DNA from: Chrysemys picta bellii | Taxonomy: Eukaryota | Length of the DNA: 64,000 bases | Assembly: GCF_011386835.1 (NCBI RefSeq) | Contig: NC_088804.1 | Location: 25,172,001-25,236,000, forward strand | Direction of reading: 5' to 3' | Shown here: positions 1 through 11,624 of the stretch, piece by piece | How the letters are laid out: each line of letters begins with the position of its first letter | Position numbering within the stretch: position 1 is the stretch's first letter | Program-made: the position numbers and the translations under genes | The notes under the pieces: model-generated | What the model was told of the DNA's origin: nothing | The model's input: only the letters and a program-made list of their open reading frames with translations | Databases searched by the model: none

Positions 1-623
1 TGAATGTTGAACAGACAGGGTTTTTGTTGTTGTTTTAATCCTGTTTAATTAACGACGTTCAACAGATTTAGCGTGAATAGCAAGGCGTTGTTACTTCATC
101 TGTGGAAATTTTGCGCACAGATTAAAGATATTCTATGTGTTCTTATGTCATATAATTTCAATTCAGATCCAGGTCCCTTTCTTGGAAACTATCAGAGCAC
201 TGGGGTCCTTCATTCTTCCCTCCAGCCCCACATACACCTGTGTACATTAAAGTGATATTGTCAAAAACTTTGATCCTACATTGGGATCCACTAGCACAGA
301 CTTTTGTGCCTGTGAAGATTCCCACTGATTTCATTGGGGCTCTGCACAGACTTGAGTCAATGCTAACAGATCCTGATGCAAAATCGGGGCCAAGGTTGGC
401 ATGATGTGTTTTTTTTTGTTTTTGTTTTTTTAATATCTGAGTACAAAGGTGTTTCTATAGAGTAGAGAAGTTAAAATGAGGAATTGGGAGTCCCAAATCC
501 CTTATGTAGCTTTGGAAATCTCAGCCCAAATATTAGGGAATTTAAATTTTTGTGTAGTTTAATATTGTGTTTGTCTTTTATATGGTAATGCTTTTATTTC
601 TCTATATTTGATTTTTGCTTTAG

Positions 624-748
624 AGACTATTCAGAAACATGAGCCAGTACCACTAGCAAGTTCTCTTGAAGCCAATCAGAAAGAGAAACCTAAAAAGAAC
701 AAAGAAAAACACAAGGCTAAGAGAGAGCACAAACACAAAAAGGAAAAG
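624..748 (+). CDS. GPATCH1: GPATCH1 antepenultimate coding exon (ETIQKHEPVP...KREHKHKKEK)
   Basis: tttag| acceptor and |gtgacc donor; Lys/His-rich frame splices in phase to the next two exons; lies upstream of WDR88 as in other amniotes (recalled synteny). Confidence 0.85.
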
Positions 749-1292
749 GTGACCAGCTTAAATAAATTGGTTCTTTCTTCCTTTCTTTGGACTGATTTCC
801 TCAGCCAAGTGAAAACTACCATGATCTATGCTAGATTATGGAAAACAGAAATAGAGTTGGGCTGTGTGGACACCCTCCCTTAGACTCCCTTAGCACTTCT
901 AGCTTAGAACAGAAGATACATTGGCTGAACAGGGTGCTGCTTCTTTGTGCTTAGGGACCATACGCATAGTTTGCTTAGATACTGCATAAAGCTGTAGAAA
1001 ACCTTGATACAATATAATAATGAAGTTTCTAAATATATGTTAATTTAATTTATTTGGTCCTTGCCTCCTAAAGACCTTGGCTTGTATTATTTAAAGTGTA
1101 CACAACTGAAGATGTGCAAGTACTGTTGTTACTGCTCTGCTCCAGTTAACTTTGGAATTTACACTGAAATATGTTTCCTGTAATCCCAGTTGCTCTTTTT
1201 TGGTGACCTTCTGTTTTAATTTGACCAACTCTCTTTGTAAAACTTAAAAAAAATACACAAATAGCAAACTCAACTATTTCTTTTTTTAACAG

Positions 1293-1441
1293 AAAAAGAA
1301 ACATAAGAAGCACAGGCACAAAGGCAAACACAAGAATAAAAAATCAGAGAAAAACAGTAGCTCAGAGACTGCTGATAGCAGTGACAGCCTTAGTGACATA
1401 GAGGAGATCACAGGTTTGTCATCCCAGGAACTTCTAAGAAG
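1293..1441 (+). CDS. GPATCH1: GPATCH1 penultimate coding exon (KKKHKKHRHK...SDSLSDIEEITGLSSQELLR)
   Basis: aacag| and |gtaaat splice sites; resembles the recalled human C-terminus (...SSDSSDS...SPQELLRRLK...). Confidence 0.9.
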
Positions 1442-2752
1442 GTAAATAGATAATTTACTGAAATCTTTGTAAATCTGGCAGCAATGAGTCAGATTTTTGC
1501 TAGTGTAACTTGGTGTAGTTCTGCTGAAGTCAGGAGAATTACGCCAATTTAAACCAATTTAAACGCCAATTTAAATTACGCCAATTCAAACCAACCAGGA
1601 TCTGGTACAATATGTTTGTGCCTAGAATACAGTTTATGTTGCTAATCAAGTCAGAAAAGATAATTTATCCTAGGCTTTTGGATCTAGATGTGCCAGATAA
1701 GAACTAGTTTTAAGATAAAGTGCTCCAGGGAAAAGAGCGTTGAGCAGCTAACTCTGCAAGGACTAGATAATGAAAGTTAATTTGGGTGAGATCTTGGTGT
1801 CATTGTAAATTACTATAAATGGGAATAAATACTGAGTAGGTAAGAGAAATGCAAATGGTGAGAAGTGTTGCTACTACATTTGTTCAGAAGACATAGTTAA
1901 GGTTAACAAAATTTATCCCTCCCCTGATAACTATGGGGTATTGCCGGATAGATTTTTAGTATCCAAAATAAATGCTGTAATCTGGCTAAAATTCTTCGTA
2001 GCTGAATGACCCAGCTCCAGCAGATCCAGGTTGTTGGGCTTATTTTGGTTCAGTCAGGGCTTGTCAATATCACACTGTTCACTGCTTGCTGGTTCTGTTC
2101 TTGTGAGATGGCAAGTTATTGACGTGTAAGATCATTCTGTGCTTGAATACAAGGTTACTGTAAGTCAGTACCCTGCTGGCTCACAAATATGGAGCAGGCA
2201 GGCAGAACTGAGTAGACAATGAGAAACTGTTTGAATCAAGTGCGCATTTGTTCAGCAAGCTGAAGTGAAGGTGGTAGGTCTAATTTTAGACAGTGTGCTG
2301 TTAAATATTTTATAAACCATGGACTTGAACAAACCAGTATTAAGCCCATGAACAGTAGAAGAGAACACTGTGACTTCATTCTGTTTTCAAAGTATGTTCC
2401 ATACACTTCTAAAAAAACCAACCAAATTAAACATAAGTAACTTCAGCTCCAAGCATGCTCTGGGTGGAGGAATCACTGCATCACACTCCAGTTAACCCCT
2501 CTGGCTGATTGAAGGAGTGGCCTCAACATGTTCTGCAGAGTAACAACATTGTCTTCCTTGGTGTAGGAAACTCATTGTGGTATAGGACCTTAGTGGGACA
2601 AGGGAATACAAATAGGAAAACTAGGCATTCCAAAGGACTATTCCCATCCGTCCTTTGTTCATTAAAAAACAAGCAAACAAAAACCTGATGAGCGCAATTT
2701 AAAAATTTATTTCTAAAAATTAAGCTTTGTTTCTGTATAACATTTTCTCTCT

Positions 2753-2755
<3 letters not shown>

Positions 2756-2784
<29 letters not shown>
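2756..2784. repeat. poly(T)29 tract in the last GPATCH1 intron
   Basis: direct reading. Confidence 0.95.
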
Positions 2785-2788
<4 letters not shown>

Positions 2789-2999
2789 GGTAATTTTTAA
2801 GGGGCTTCCAAACAGCTCAAAATTTGCAGCCAGACCTGTCTTGTCTGAAGATTTGCCAATTTTGTTTTATTAAAAGGGCAAAAACTCATTATGGTTAAAT
2901 TCAGATTGAGGGTTTGAGAAACCTTTTCATTCTTGTTAAAGTGATTAAATGTTCCTGGTGGTGTTGTGTATAACTGTTAAATATGGACTTTTTTTCCAG

Positions 3000-3030
3000 A
3001 CTGAAACATCTTCCTGCAATGAAGCAGTAA
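3000..3030 (+). CDS. GPATCH1: GPATCH1 last coding exon (R-LKHLPAMKQ*)
   Basis: tttttccag| acceptor; phase matches the preceding exon (AG|A); ends in TAA. Confidence 0.85.
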
Positions 3031-3470
3031 CTTGCTTTCTTCAATACTGTATGACTTTTGGTCTGAAACTTTGATCTCCTCCATGATGGAAGATCAGTAA
3101 TGTATAGATTGCACTGTAAATGTTGTATTTATGCTGAATATGTTTGAAATCATAAATTTATAATTTTTTTCTGTGATATTTTACCATTTTAAACTATATG
3201 AATTGTGGAATGTTGGAAAGATCTTTCTTTTTTTTTTCTTTTTTTTGCTGCTAGCATGCATTATCAAAAGTAATCGTTCAGGCTCTACATTTAATTAATG
3301 TGAGGGCTATTGGTAGCAAGCGCGCGTGTGTCTGAGAGTAGGACTTCTCCTTTACATCCCAGTGTTCTACTAAAAAGGTAGACTCAAAATGGTGAATTCT
3401 TGGTTGTTTTGAAGAACCTATTATAATTTGGTTTGAGCTACCTTTTAATTTAAATGAGACTAGATATTTT

Positions 3471-3754
3471 AATAAACTGTATATTACAAATGGTATTTCT
3501 GGTGTGTTAAATCATTGTGTGAAAGTTCTTAAAATATTATAAACAAGAATGTAAGTCAATGCTGAAAGAAGTGAAGCTCGGAAGTTAAAAAGGCATAATT
3601 TACATGAAAACAAGTCATTCTGTCTCTCTCTTATGTAGATATTCAGAATGCAGAATTTCTCTGTATTTCTAAATGTGTTAATCTGTTTTTCAGACTTTTT
3701 CTGTCTTAGAATTTTGTATATTATCCATCACCATAGTATGGCTTTTTCAATAAA
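3471..3754 (+). promoter_or_regulatory. candidate GPATCH1 polyadenylation signals (AATAAA at 3471-3476 and 3749-3754)
   Basis: hexamers 440-720 nt after the stop codon; usage not verifiable from sequence. Confidence 0.5.
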
Positions 3755-6037
3755 TTAACAAATGGTATGATGCATGTTAAAATAGCATTACAGTACTGGA
3801 TTATCTTGAACACTACCTACATAAAAAATGTCATCATCAGTATCGGCATTATTCTACATTCATGTTTATATTTAACACAAATGTTATGTTGAAAAACCCA
3901 AAGATTCTTCAAAATTTTCTTGCTTGCTCTGAGTACAAACCTGTGCTGTATTGTACACTTAAAAGGAGGTTGAAATTTCATTAAAAAGTCCAAATAAGTC
4001 TGTAAAGTCCTATTACAATTACAGGGTTGTTCCTGATGTGAACTATAAAATAATACTGAACCACATGACTGTCTCTGACCTCCGTGAATGGAAAAAGTTG
4101 TTAAAACCAGTTCATCATGATTTATTATGAGACTAAAAGAATGTTCTCCATTTGCAATTGCTAACAAAAAAAAATCAAACAAGCTCAAGGTTGTAGATGA
4201 TGTTGTATTGGGCTAGCTAAAAATAAAGTAAAATTTCAGCATTTACAGTCTTTTTAATAGGTCATTGGATTTAGAGCAAGGTGGCATAGTGTTGATTTAG
4301 GTTTTGTAATTTAAATTTAGCAATTAAGATGGAACTTTATAGAGAGGGGAAAAGTTAGTAACAAATGTGGATTTGGAATGCTGTCTGGATTACAAGAATG
4401 GGTAAATGAAGCAGCAGAATAAAAAAAAATAACTAAAAAGCAACAGGAAATTCTTACTTATAGTAAACAGATATTTTTGGTAGACTACTAGTAGTACAGT
4501 ATTGTTATAAAAATCAGTGCCTCAAGATCTGCTTCTCTCAGAGGGGGAAAAAATGGCTCCTATAAGATCAGACACCAATTCTCAATCCTTTCCATTTAGA
4601 CTTACTTCTCACTTATTATTTTAAAAAATTAAAAATGCCATGAAGATAAAAAGTAATTGTTTCTGTCTTTTTAATCCACTAGTGTGAAACACAACTTCTT
4701 GAATTAGTATAATTTGACAGGATTAGAGAAAAATATTAACTTTTTCAATTTGTTTACCTGTACATTTGACAGCACTTTGTATAGTCTTTTTCTCTGTATA
4801 GTCCGTTCCTAGTTTTGTTCATGTGGGTCTCTTCATATAGCAATAGAGGAGAAGAATATTTTAGAAGATAGGAAAATCTGATTGCCATCCTAGAAAATTG
4901 GCAGGAAGATTTAAGAGCAGGTGTGGCATTTGAACTTTTTAAATGTCTTTAAAATTAAAGAGTTTTCAAATTAACAGTGCCCCTTTAATTTCTTAAATCA
5001 TTTATATATCCAACTCGTTTGTGTAGAAGTACATCTTTGTAAATTAAAGAAGCTATTTTCAACAGTGCATTCATAGAACAGGTATTTCAATCTTTCTTTT
5101 CCCTTGATCCCCAAACCAGCTCATTTCTTGTCCTGACTCCAACCCTGTACCTTTTGTGGTCACACATTTCTAATTAGTATATTGTAAAAATTTAATAGCA
5201 AATAAATGCTTCTGAATAAGGAGTAATGAGTATGCCAAATGATGAAAAGAGTTGCAAGATAAGAAGTGAAGGGAGCCTTGATGCATTTCCTTGTACCTCT
5301 TTCCTTATGTCTGCAGAAACTTCATTTGAAGAAGGCAAAGTAGCTGGCAGGGAGCTGTGAGCAGTGGGTCCTGGCAGCCAGCTCCACTCTAAATAGCACT
5401 TTTCCAAAGTTGAGAGCATAGTGCAGGTGAGAATATAAAAGGTGCAGTGGAGGCAGGGCAGAACAGCAATAAAAAGGGATGGAGTGAGCTTCCCTAGTCC
5501 TAGAGGAAGCCAATTACCAAGTAGTCTGAAGCCCTTTTAGGTGGGGAAGATCTTGGGCAACATCCAGGTGCAGCTTGCATTGAGGTTGTGACCCTGTTAT
5601 TGAGAAATTAGAATAGATGATGGTGTGATGAAAGGACGTTATTGGGCTGAATATCATTTGGGATGTTACATGCCCTACCCAAGAGCTGAAGACAAGTGAA
5701 TGATGCAGCTGTCCTAAATTTATGCCAACAAAGCCTTTAGGCCCCATGCTCCATGTAATCAGGTTTTTTGTGTATCTTCATCTAAATACTCCCCTCTTTA
5801 AAATATATATATTTATTTAGAAGTTATTTACAAGGATAGCACCTTTTAGTGCTTGTGGCTATAAAGCCTGATGCTTGTAGTTACCATGTGTCCAACAGTA
5901 CAGCTCTTGAATATGTGAGTGTCTCAAGCCCAGGGCTCCAGGCACCAAGCACCCTGTTAGAGATGTGGGAACCCTTCGCCTTGTAAGGTTTGAATTAAAA
6001 GCTAGACCCCAGATGGTGAGCTCCTGGCCGTTTGGAG

Positions 6038-6449
6038 CAGGGCGGCTTTAGCAAGTGCGGGGCCTGATTCCTGGGGCGGCACTTCGGATTGCCAGTTGGG
6101 GGTTGCAGGGCCGTGGGGCTGCTGCGCTCCGGCTGGAGCTCCAGCCGGGAGAGCGGGACTGTTGTGCTCCGGCTGGGGTCGTGGGGCTGCCGCAGTCTGG
6201 CCAGAGCTCCAGCTGGGGCCGTGGGGCTTGCCGCGCTCCAGCCAGAAGAGCGGGGCCAAGGGTCTTGCCGCGCTCCGGCCAGGGTCATGGGGCCATGAGG
6301 CAGCCGCGCTCTGGCCGGGGTCGCGGGGCCATGGTGCTGCCACACTCCGGCCAGAGTTCTGGCCAGGGGAGCGGGGCCCCCGAAGACGACCGCCGCCGGG
6401 GTGAGTGCGCGGGGCCCGATTCCAGGGAATAGGCCTAAAGCCGGCCCTG
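6038..6449. mobile_element. GC-rich hAT-type MITE with internal ~30-bp tandem repeats
   Basis: termini cagggcggctttag ... ctaaagccggccctg are inverted repeats; TSD degraded. Confidence 0.7.
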
Positions 6450-7120
6450 CGTGGGAGAGTCGAAGCCGGTGGCCTGCGGGCTGGGGGCCAGCAGCCGCTG
6501 CTGAGGTTCAGATGCCGGGCGGGGCGAGAAGCGGCCCATGGTGTCCTGGCGGTGGGTTAATTGCTCCAGTGTTGGGGAGGCGCCGAAATCCCCGCGAGGC
6601 GTGGGCACGCGGCTGGTGGTGCGTGCGGTACCCGCTACAGCTATGACAACACATATAGCAACCCTCCTGTTTTGCAACTAGGTGCAGTTTCCGTCATGCA
6701 ACTTGACCATCTGGACTACTGCTCAGGACTTGCTACCGCCTGGTCCATGGGGTTGCAAATCAGGAGGGATGGGGTATGTGGTCAAAAACACTCACGATCT
6801 GCTTCCTCCTGGGTAATGTGACAAATTGATCTATTGGATGATTGAGGCGCGCTGTTTCACTTTTTTGTGTGTGAATATGTGAAAAGGGAGGTAAGGTTTG
6901 GGGGTACGGAGCCTGCTCCTGAGCCCAAGGTGATACCACTTTCATTTTTTTAATTTACTTTTATAATTTGCATTATACACGTGGACACAAATACAGAGAA
7001 TAATTTTTTCAAATAAAAAACATTTATTATAATAATCTGGTATATACATTAAAAAGTCTTTTGGTTGCATTATGTTTTGAACAAGAAGCATTTAAACAAT
7101 TTTTTTTGTAAAGGAGTGCA

Positions 7121-10100
7121 CTATGCACATTTTTTGCAGTTGTACTCTTTCTTCTCATCTGTCAGGTTTTCTTGATTGGTTCCTTCTGTAATGCAGGGCA
7201 TATGTGCCCACCTCTTGCAAGAATCACACTGAACCTTTGATAAGTAACAATTAAGAAATGAAATCACAGAAGTTATAATGTTACACATACTTTGCATTCA
7301 CTCATGCTATTCCTTCCACATGTCAGCATTACCTAACATATGTATGCCTATCAGCATGAAGAAAATGTTTACTGATGTGGAATTTTTACAAGAATCATGA
7401 TCCTTAGGCAGTTTATGGCATTTATTTCTCATACAATTCTATGTTTCTTACCATCGTGCTATCCTCACTTTCCTTTTTACAGTTGACAAGGTTGCACTAT
7501 ATGCAATAGTCCTCCACGCTTTCTTAAAAATAAATATAGCATTATGAAATGATGAATACGTTACAACCAACACTGAAAATGCAAATCTTGATTTATTAAT
7601 TAATGTCAATATTTTAATCCAGACATTGGTTTGAACATATCTTTTTCCTTTTTGTGAGTCATATTTTCTCAAATTTTTACTTTACTGCACCTGTATCTAA
7701 AAATGCCAATTTCATTTAACTGGTCGATCAATAGCAATCATTCACCCCCATTCAAATGTTTGTGTACTTAAAGATATTATTGATCCATAGTCACCATTAC
7801 AGAACCAAACCTGTGAGATATCCCACTTTAGGGGTATAAAGATAACTGTCTGCTATGTGACATAATTCCACTCTTCATGTTATCTTCACATGTGCCTAAT
7901 GAGTCCACAGTACATGGTAGAAAGTAATTACCTGCCTCCTTCATTAGAAGAATTGCTATATGTCTTCTAAATGCAGTATTAACCTCTTGTGTTGTTTCTA
8001 CCATACTGATGTCTTTGTGCTGCAAATATGTTTCTGCAAACTAACAACACTGATATTTAGAATAAACATCATAATTACCAGAGGTGAAAGTGGGCCGGTT
8101 CAGCATACCGGTAAGAACCGGCCACTGGTACCGGCCCGTACACAGCTGACGTTACACTTCCGCTGTGGCAGTGCTTTATGTTTTAACATCGCTGTCCCCT
8201 TTAGGTCCTCCCTCCCCCACATCAGCGGCCCTGCCATAGGGTCCGGCAATGCTGTTGGATGCTCCTGGCAGGGCTGCCGACAGTGGGGGAGCAAAAGGGG
8301 CCCTGGGTTCCTGCAATTTACAAGGGCCTGGTGCTCCTGGCCACTGCAGCAGCAGCTGTCAGGAAGGGCTGGCTGATGGAATCTGGCCCCCCCAGCACTG
8401 CACCTTCTGCCAGAGACCCCCATCCCTTCTGGGGGCCACAAGCCCAACCCACACACCTTGGCAAGAAGGCCGGTGTAGTGCCCACTGGTAATCTCTGGCA
8501 TTTACTTTCACCCTGGATAATTACACATACATAACAAATGATAATGGCAATGTGGTATTCAATACCTTTAAGATGAGTGGTCCGCAGTTGTGACCATCAC
8601 TTTGTCTGGGGTGCTGAGCAATTTTACTCTTCCAATCAGATGAGGATTTGCTAGTTAATCGTTTGATGAAGTTTCTGAAATTTTTAGAGAGTACATTAGA
8701 GGACTGCATAAATGAGCTTTTCTTTCTTTCCTCCACCCCCCCCCCCCCCAGCCCACCTCCGCTTTCTGGACATGTATACAAATCCATTCTATCTCTTTTT
8801 AATTAATGATTGAAATGACTTATTGCTCACATATATACACACTTGCTTTCATATTATTGTCTCACTCTTACACAATGTATCACCTGATTTGCTGTGCCCC
8901 ATTTTGATAACAGATTCTCAATCATGCAACATGCTACTGTTTCGTGTCCACATTCTGTGAAGTCGTTTCCCAGAGTCCAATCACACAAGTTCACTCAAAG
9001 TCCATTACTAGGCATATTCAGTACAAGTATATGCTGTTTCAATATTTATTTGTAGCTGACAGAAAGATATTAGTCTCACTATTGTTACATTCCCTTTAAA
9101 AAAATGTCCACTGTAAAAGTAAGTATCTAATAAATCACCTCCAATTCCTCAGACATGTTCTTTCATATCTCATCTCATCTCATCACACAAGGGGTCAATT
9201 ATTAACAATTCCTTTTTTTTCATCAAGGCTATCTGTAAGTGTAAATATATTCACAAATTATATTGGTAATGTGATCATTTCAAAATTTTTATCAAAAATC
9301 ATTATGCAATTAACATATTCTCGTTTGTAATGTCTCAGTAATACACAAGAGAAAAACATATTGTGAAATCATTGATCAATTCATTACAGAGTGTATTCTT
9401 CCAAGTTACATTAACAACGTAACTTGACAGTAGCATTTTATTTTTAACATTCACATTCCACTTTCCTTTGCATGCACTGAACTCACTGAAAACCCGCAAC
9501 ACGGGAAATTATATCACTGCTACTATAGTTGTGTTACAAATCGCTTATTTAATACCACATTTATTGCCCATAATCCAGAAGTACAATACAAAACATCTTA
9601 CCGCAAGAACCCAATGACCCGGTGTGTGGTAAGGAAGTAATAATATATCATTTTGAAGTAATTCACTCTGTATTTATTAAAAAAAAAATAGAAATGCAAT
9701 TATAGTTTCCAGTGAAGCAAACAATGAAATGTACATTATACTGTAATTCCCAATTTCATTACATGTATTACTATTAGAGTACTCCTCCACATCAAACATA
9801 GAGTTGTATTTGCTGTTTCACACTGTGTTTAACTCACATGAATGAAATTGTGCTTTGCTCACCTCATTTGTGGAGCTCTGCCTGAGAGAATGACAGTGGA
9901 AACTACTGATGAGATGGCTTGTACCTGTTGACAGTCAACAAAGTTATTAATGCATTAATAATTCTGGCACATCAAGAAAATAATGAATTTAATATAGACA
10001 GACATGCAAGGGACAGTTAGTGTTACAAATCAGATATGCAAGAGAGTCCTGTAAAAACAAAAAGATTTGTAATCAATGTGCTCTGTCTTACTTAATGTAA

Positions 10101-10445
10101 AAACGGACTAAGCTGTTCGCATACTTGTGTTTAATGGACACACTGAACTGTACAGCAAACTGTACAGCCACTAACTGTGGCCCTCAGTTAGTTAAGTATT
10201 GTATGTCCAATATGCACCTCCAAATACATTTCAGTAAATGTTTGGCAGCAGTAAATACACTGAAATGTTGCTATTTCAGGTTTATGTTGATATTTCCAGG
10301 GTATTTGGACTTAAATATGTTGTGCCACATATTCACGTGATTGTTTACTTATTGAATCAATGTATACTTTCATGTACCATCACAGTACGTAGCCTACCTT
10401 TCCATCTACTTTCTCCACCACACATCTCAAATATGCATCAATAAT
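7121..10445 (-). pseudogene. 8-exon relic gene: Ulp1/SENP-like peptidase C48 domain plus C-terminal PHD finger, 5' part missing; probably DNA-transposon derived
   Basis: Minus-strand exons 10445-10398 (IIDAYLRCVVEKVDGK), 9924-9863 (VQAISS...PQMR), 9667-9602 (DILLLPYHTPGHWVLA), 9232-9139 (LLIIDPL...LRNWR), 8674-8566 (HPRQSDGHNCGPLILK), 8040-7932 (FAETYL...FRRHIAILL), 7522-7452 (EDYCI*C), 7234-7121 (VQCDSCKRWAHMPC...CKKCA*). All 7 introns are GT-AG. Lesions: 1-nt deletion, 5-nt insertion, one in-frame TAG. AATAAA on the minus strand at 7023-7028. Confidence 0.88.
8079..8516. mobile_element. hAT MITE inside an intron of the Ulp1-PHD relic
   Basis: TIR cagaggtgaaagt / actttcaccctgg; 8-bp TSD ataattac (8071-8078 and 8517-8524). 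Confidence 0.85.
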
Positions 10446-11427
10446 CTACAACACATGATGAAAGAAAAGGCACAGTTTCAATAATATTTGATGAATCAAT
10501 CCCGTTAACAAATAACCAGACAGAGACCACACAGATAAACAATAGAGAAATGGGGAGCAGTAAATAAATCACCATGATTACAGGCATACAAACCATTTAA
10601 GAAATGACTATACAGTTATTGTAAAGATTCTTGATTATTCATGCAGTCAGCCAGGAAGACCATTAGTATTTGTGTACTTTTACCAGATTTGCCCATTACT
10701 TGGGGTATGCTCATTGTTTGGGTTTTTCCCCCCTGATAAGATGAGGGGCCTAGCAAAGTTGAGGTTCATCTGTTTTTCCTCCAGAATGTCCTGAAATCTT
10801 CAATGATACTGTGCTCTGTTTGGAAAATGAGAGTATGACAGCATGTGAAGTGTATGCCATAATGAATACTCTGAGAATTAAACTTCAGCAACGGAAAAAT
10901 GACATATTCTTTGGCTCTAAAGTTGAAAGTGCATTAACTGAGATGCTGCCTGTCACTGCTGCATGTCTCCAGAAAGACTTCATGAAATTTTACTATGTGT
11001 CGATCCTATATTTGGAGAAATGGTTTGATTTTTCAACAACTGGCTACTTGTTCAATACCCAGTTCTTGAACATCAAAGTTAATAGGGTATTCGAATTCAA
11101 CGATCTGCCTGCAGTCGTGACAGCTGTAAACCTTCAGAAAACAGTGAATCTTGATCAGCTCTATGATGAGTACTGTATCATAAAAGACAGTGACTCCAAG
11201 TACGAGCCTGGAAACTATTCAGTTGGGGAACTCTGGTCTCAGGTGCTGAGAAACAAGGACAGTAGAACTGAATTCGTGAACATGGCAAAGCTGGTGTCAT
11301 ACGTGCTCAGTATACCCGTAAGCAATTCATACTCAGAGCGTGTATTTTCAATCATGAAAGGTGCATGGACTGATGTCCAGAATCGAAGCAGCATAGACTT
11401 GGTGTGGAGTGAAACCCTTATCAAAAT

Positions 11428-11624
11428 CAACAGAGGGTCCTGTGGCACCTTTAAGACTAACAGAAGTATTGGCGCATAAGCTTTCGTGGGTGAATGCTTG
11501 CGTCTGATGAAGTGGGCATTCACCCACGAAAGCTTATGCGCCAATACTTCTGTTAGTCTTAAAGGTGCCACAGGACCCTCTGTAGCTTTTTACATATTCA
11601 GACTAACACAGCTACCCCTCTGAT
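11428..11624. mobile_element. Penelope-like (Neptune-type) retroelement-derived palindromic insert
   Basis: perfect 68-bp inverted arms 11430-11497 and 11516-11583; 12-bp TSD ccttatcaaaat / ccttgtcaaaat; same family as 23468, 37201, 40261 and 48502. Confidence 0.8.
11504..11541 (+). ncRNA. minimal hammerhead-ribozyme-like core (CUGAUGA-A-GUGGG/CCCAC-GAAA-GC uuau GC), cleavage triplet mutated
   Basis: catalytic-core motifs and stem II seen directly; Penelope-like elements are known to carry minimal type I hammerheads; U16.1 is G here, so probably inactive. Confidence 0.5.

Noticed and set aside
5200-5750. Possible decayed LINE (L2/CR1-like) on the minus strand
   Set aside because: Only a vague resemblance; no reverse-transcriptase motif could be read with confidence.
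5995-6677. Cluster of GC-rich ORFs and an apparent first exon ending at gtgagt (about 6400)
   Set aside because: These lie mostly inside a hAT MITE with internal repeats; no downstream exon partner could be supported.
8884-9055. Exon-like segment (strong acceptor and donor, mostly open minus frame ending ENLLSKWGTANQ) within the Ulp1-PHD relic
   Set aside because: It contains two stops, its phases do not fit the flanking exons, and I recognise no motif; the protease splices correctly without it.
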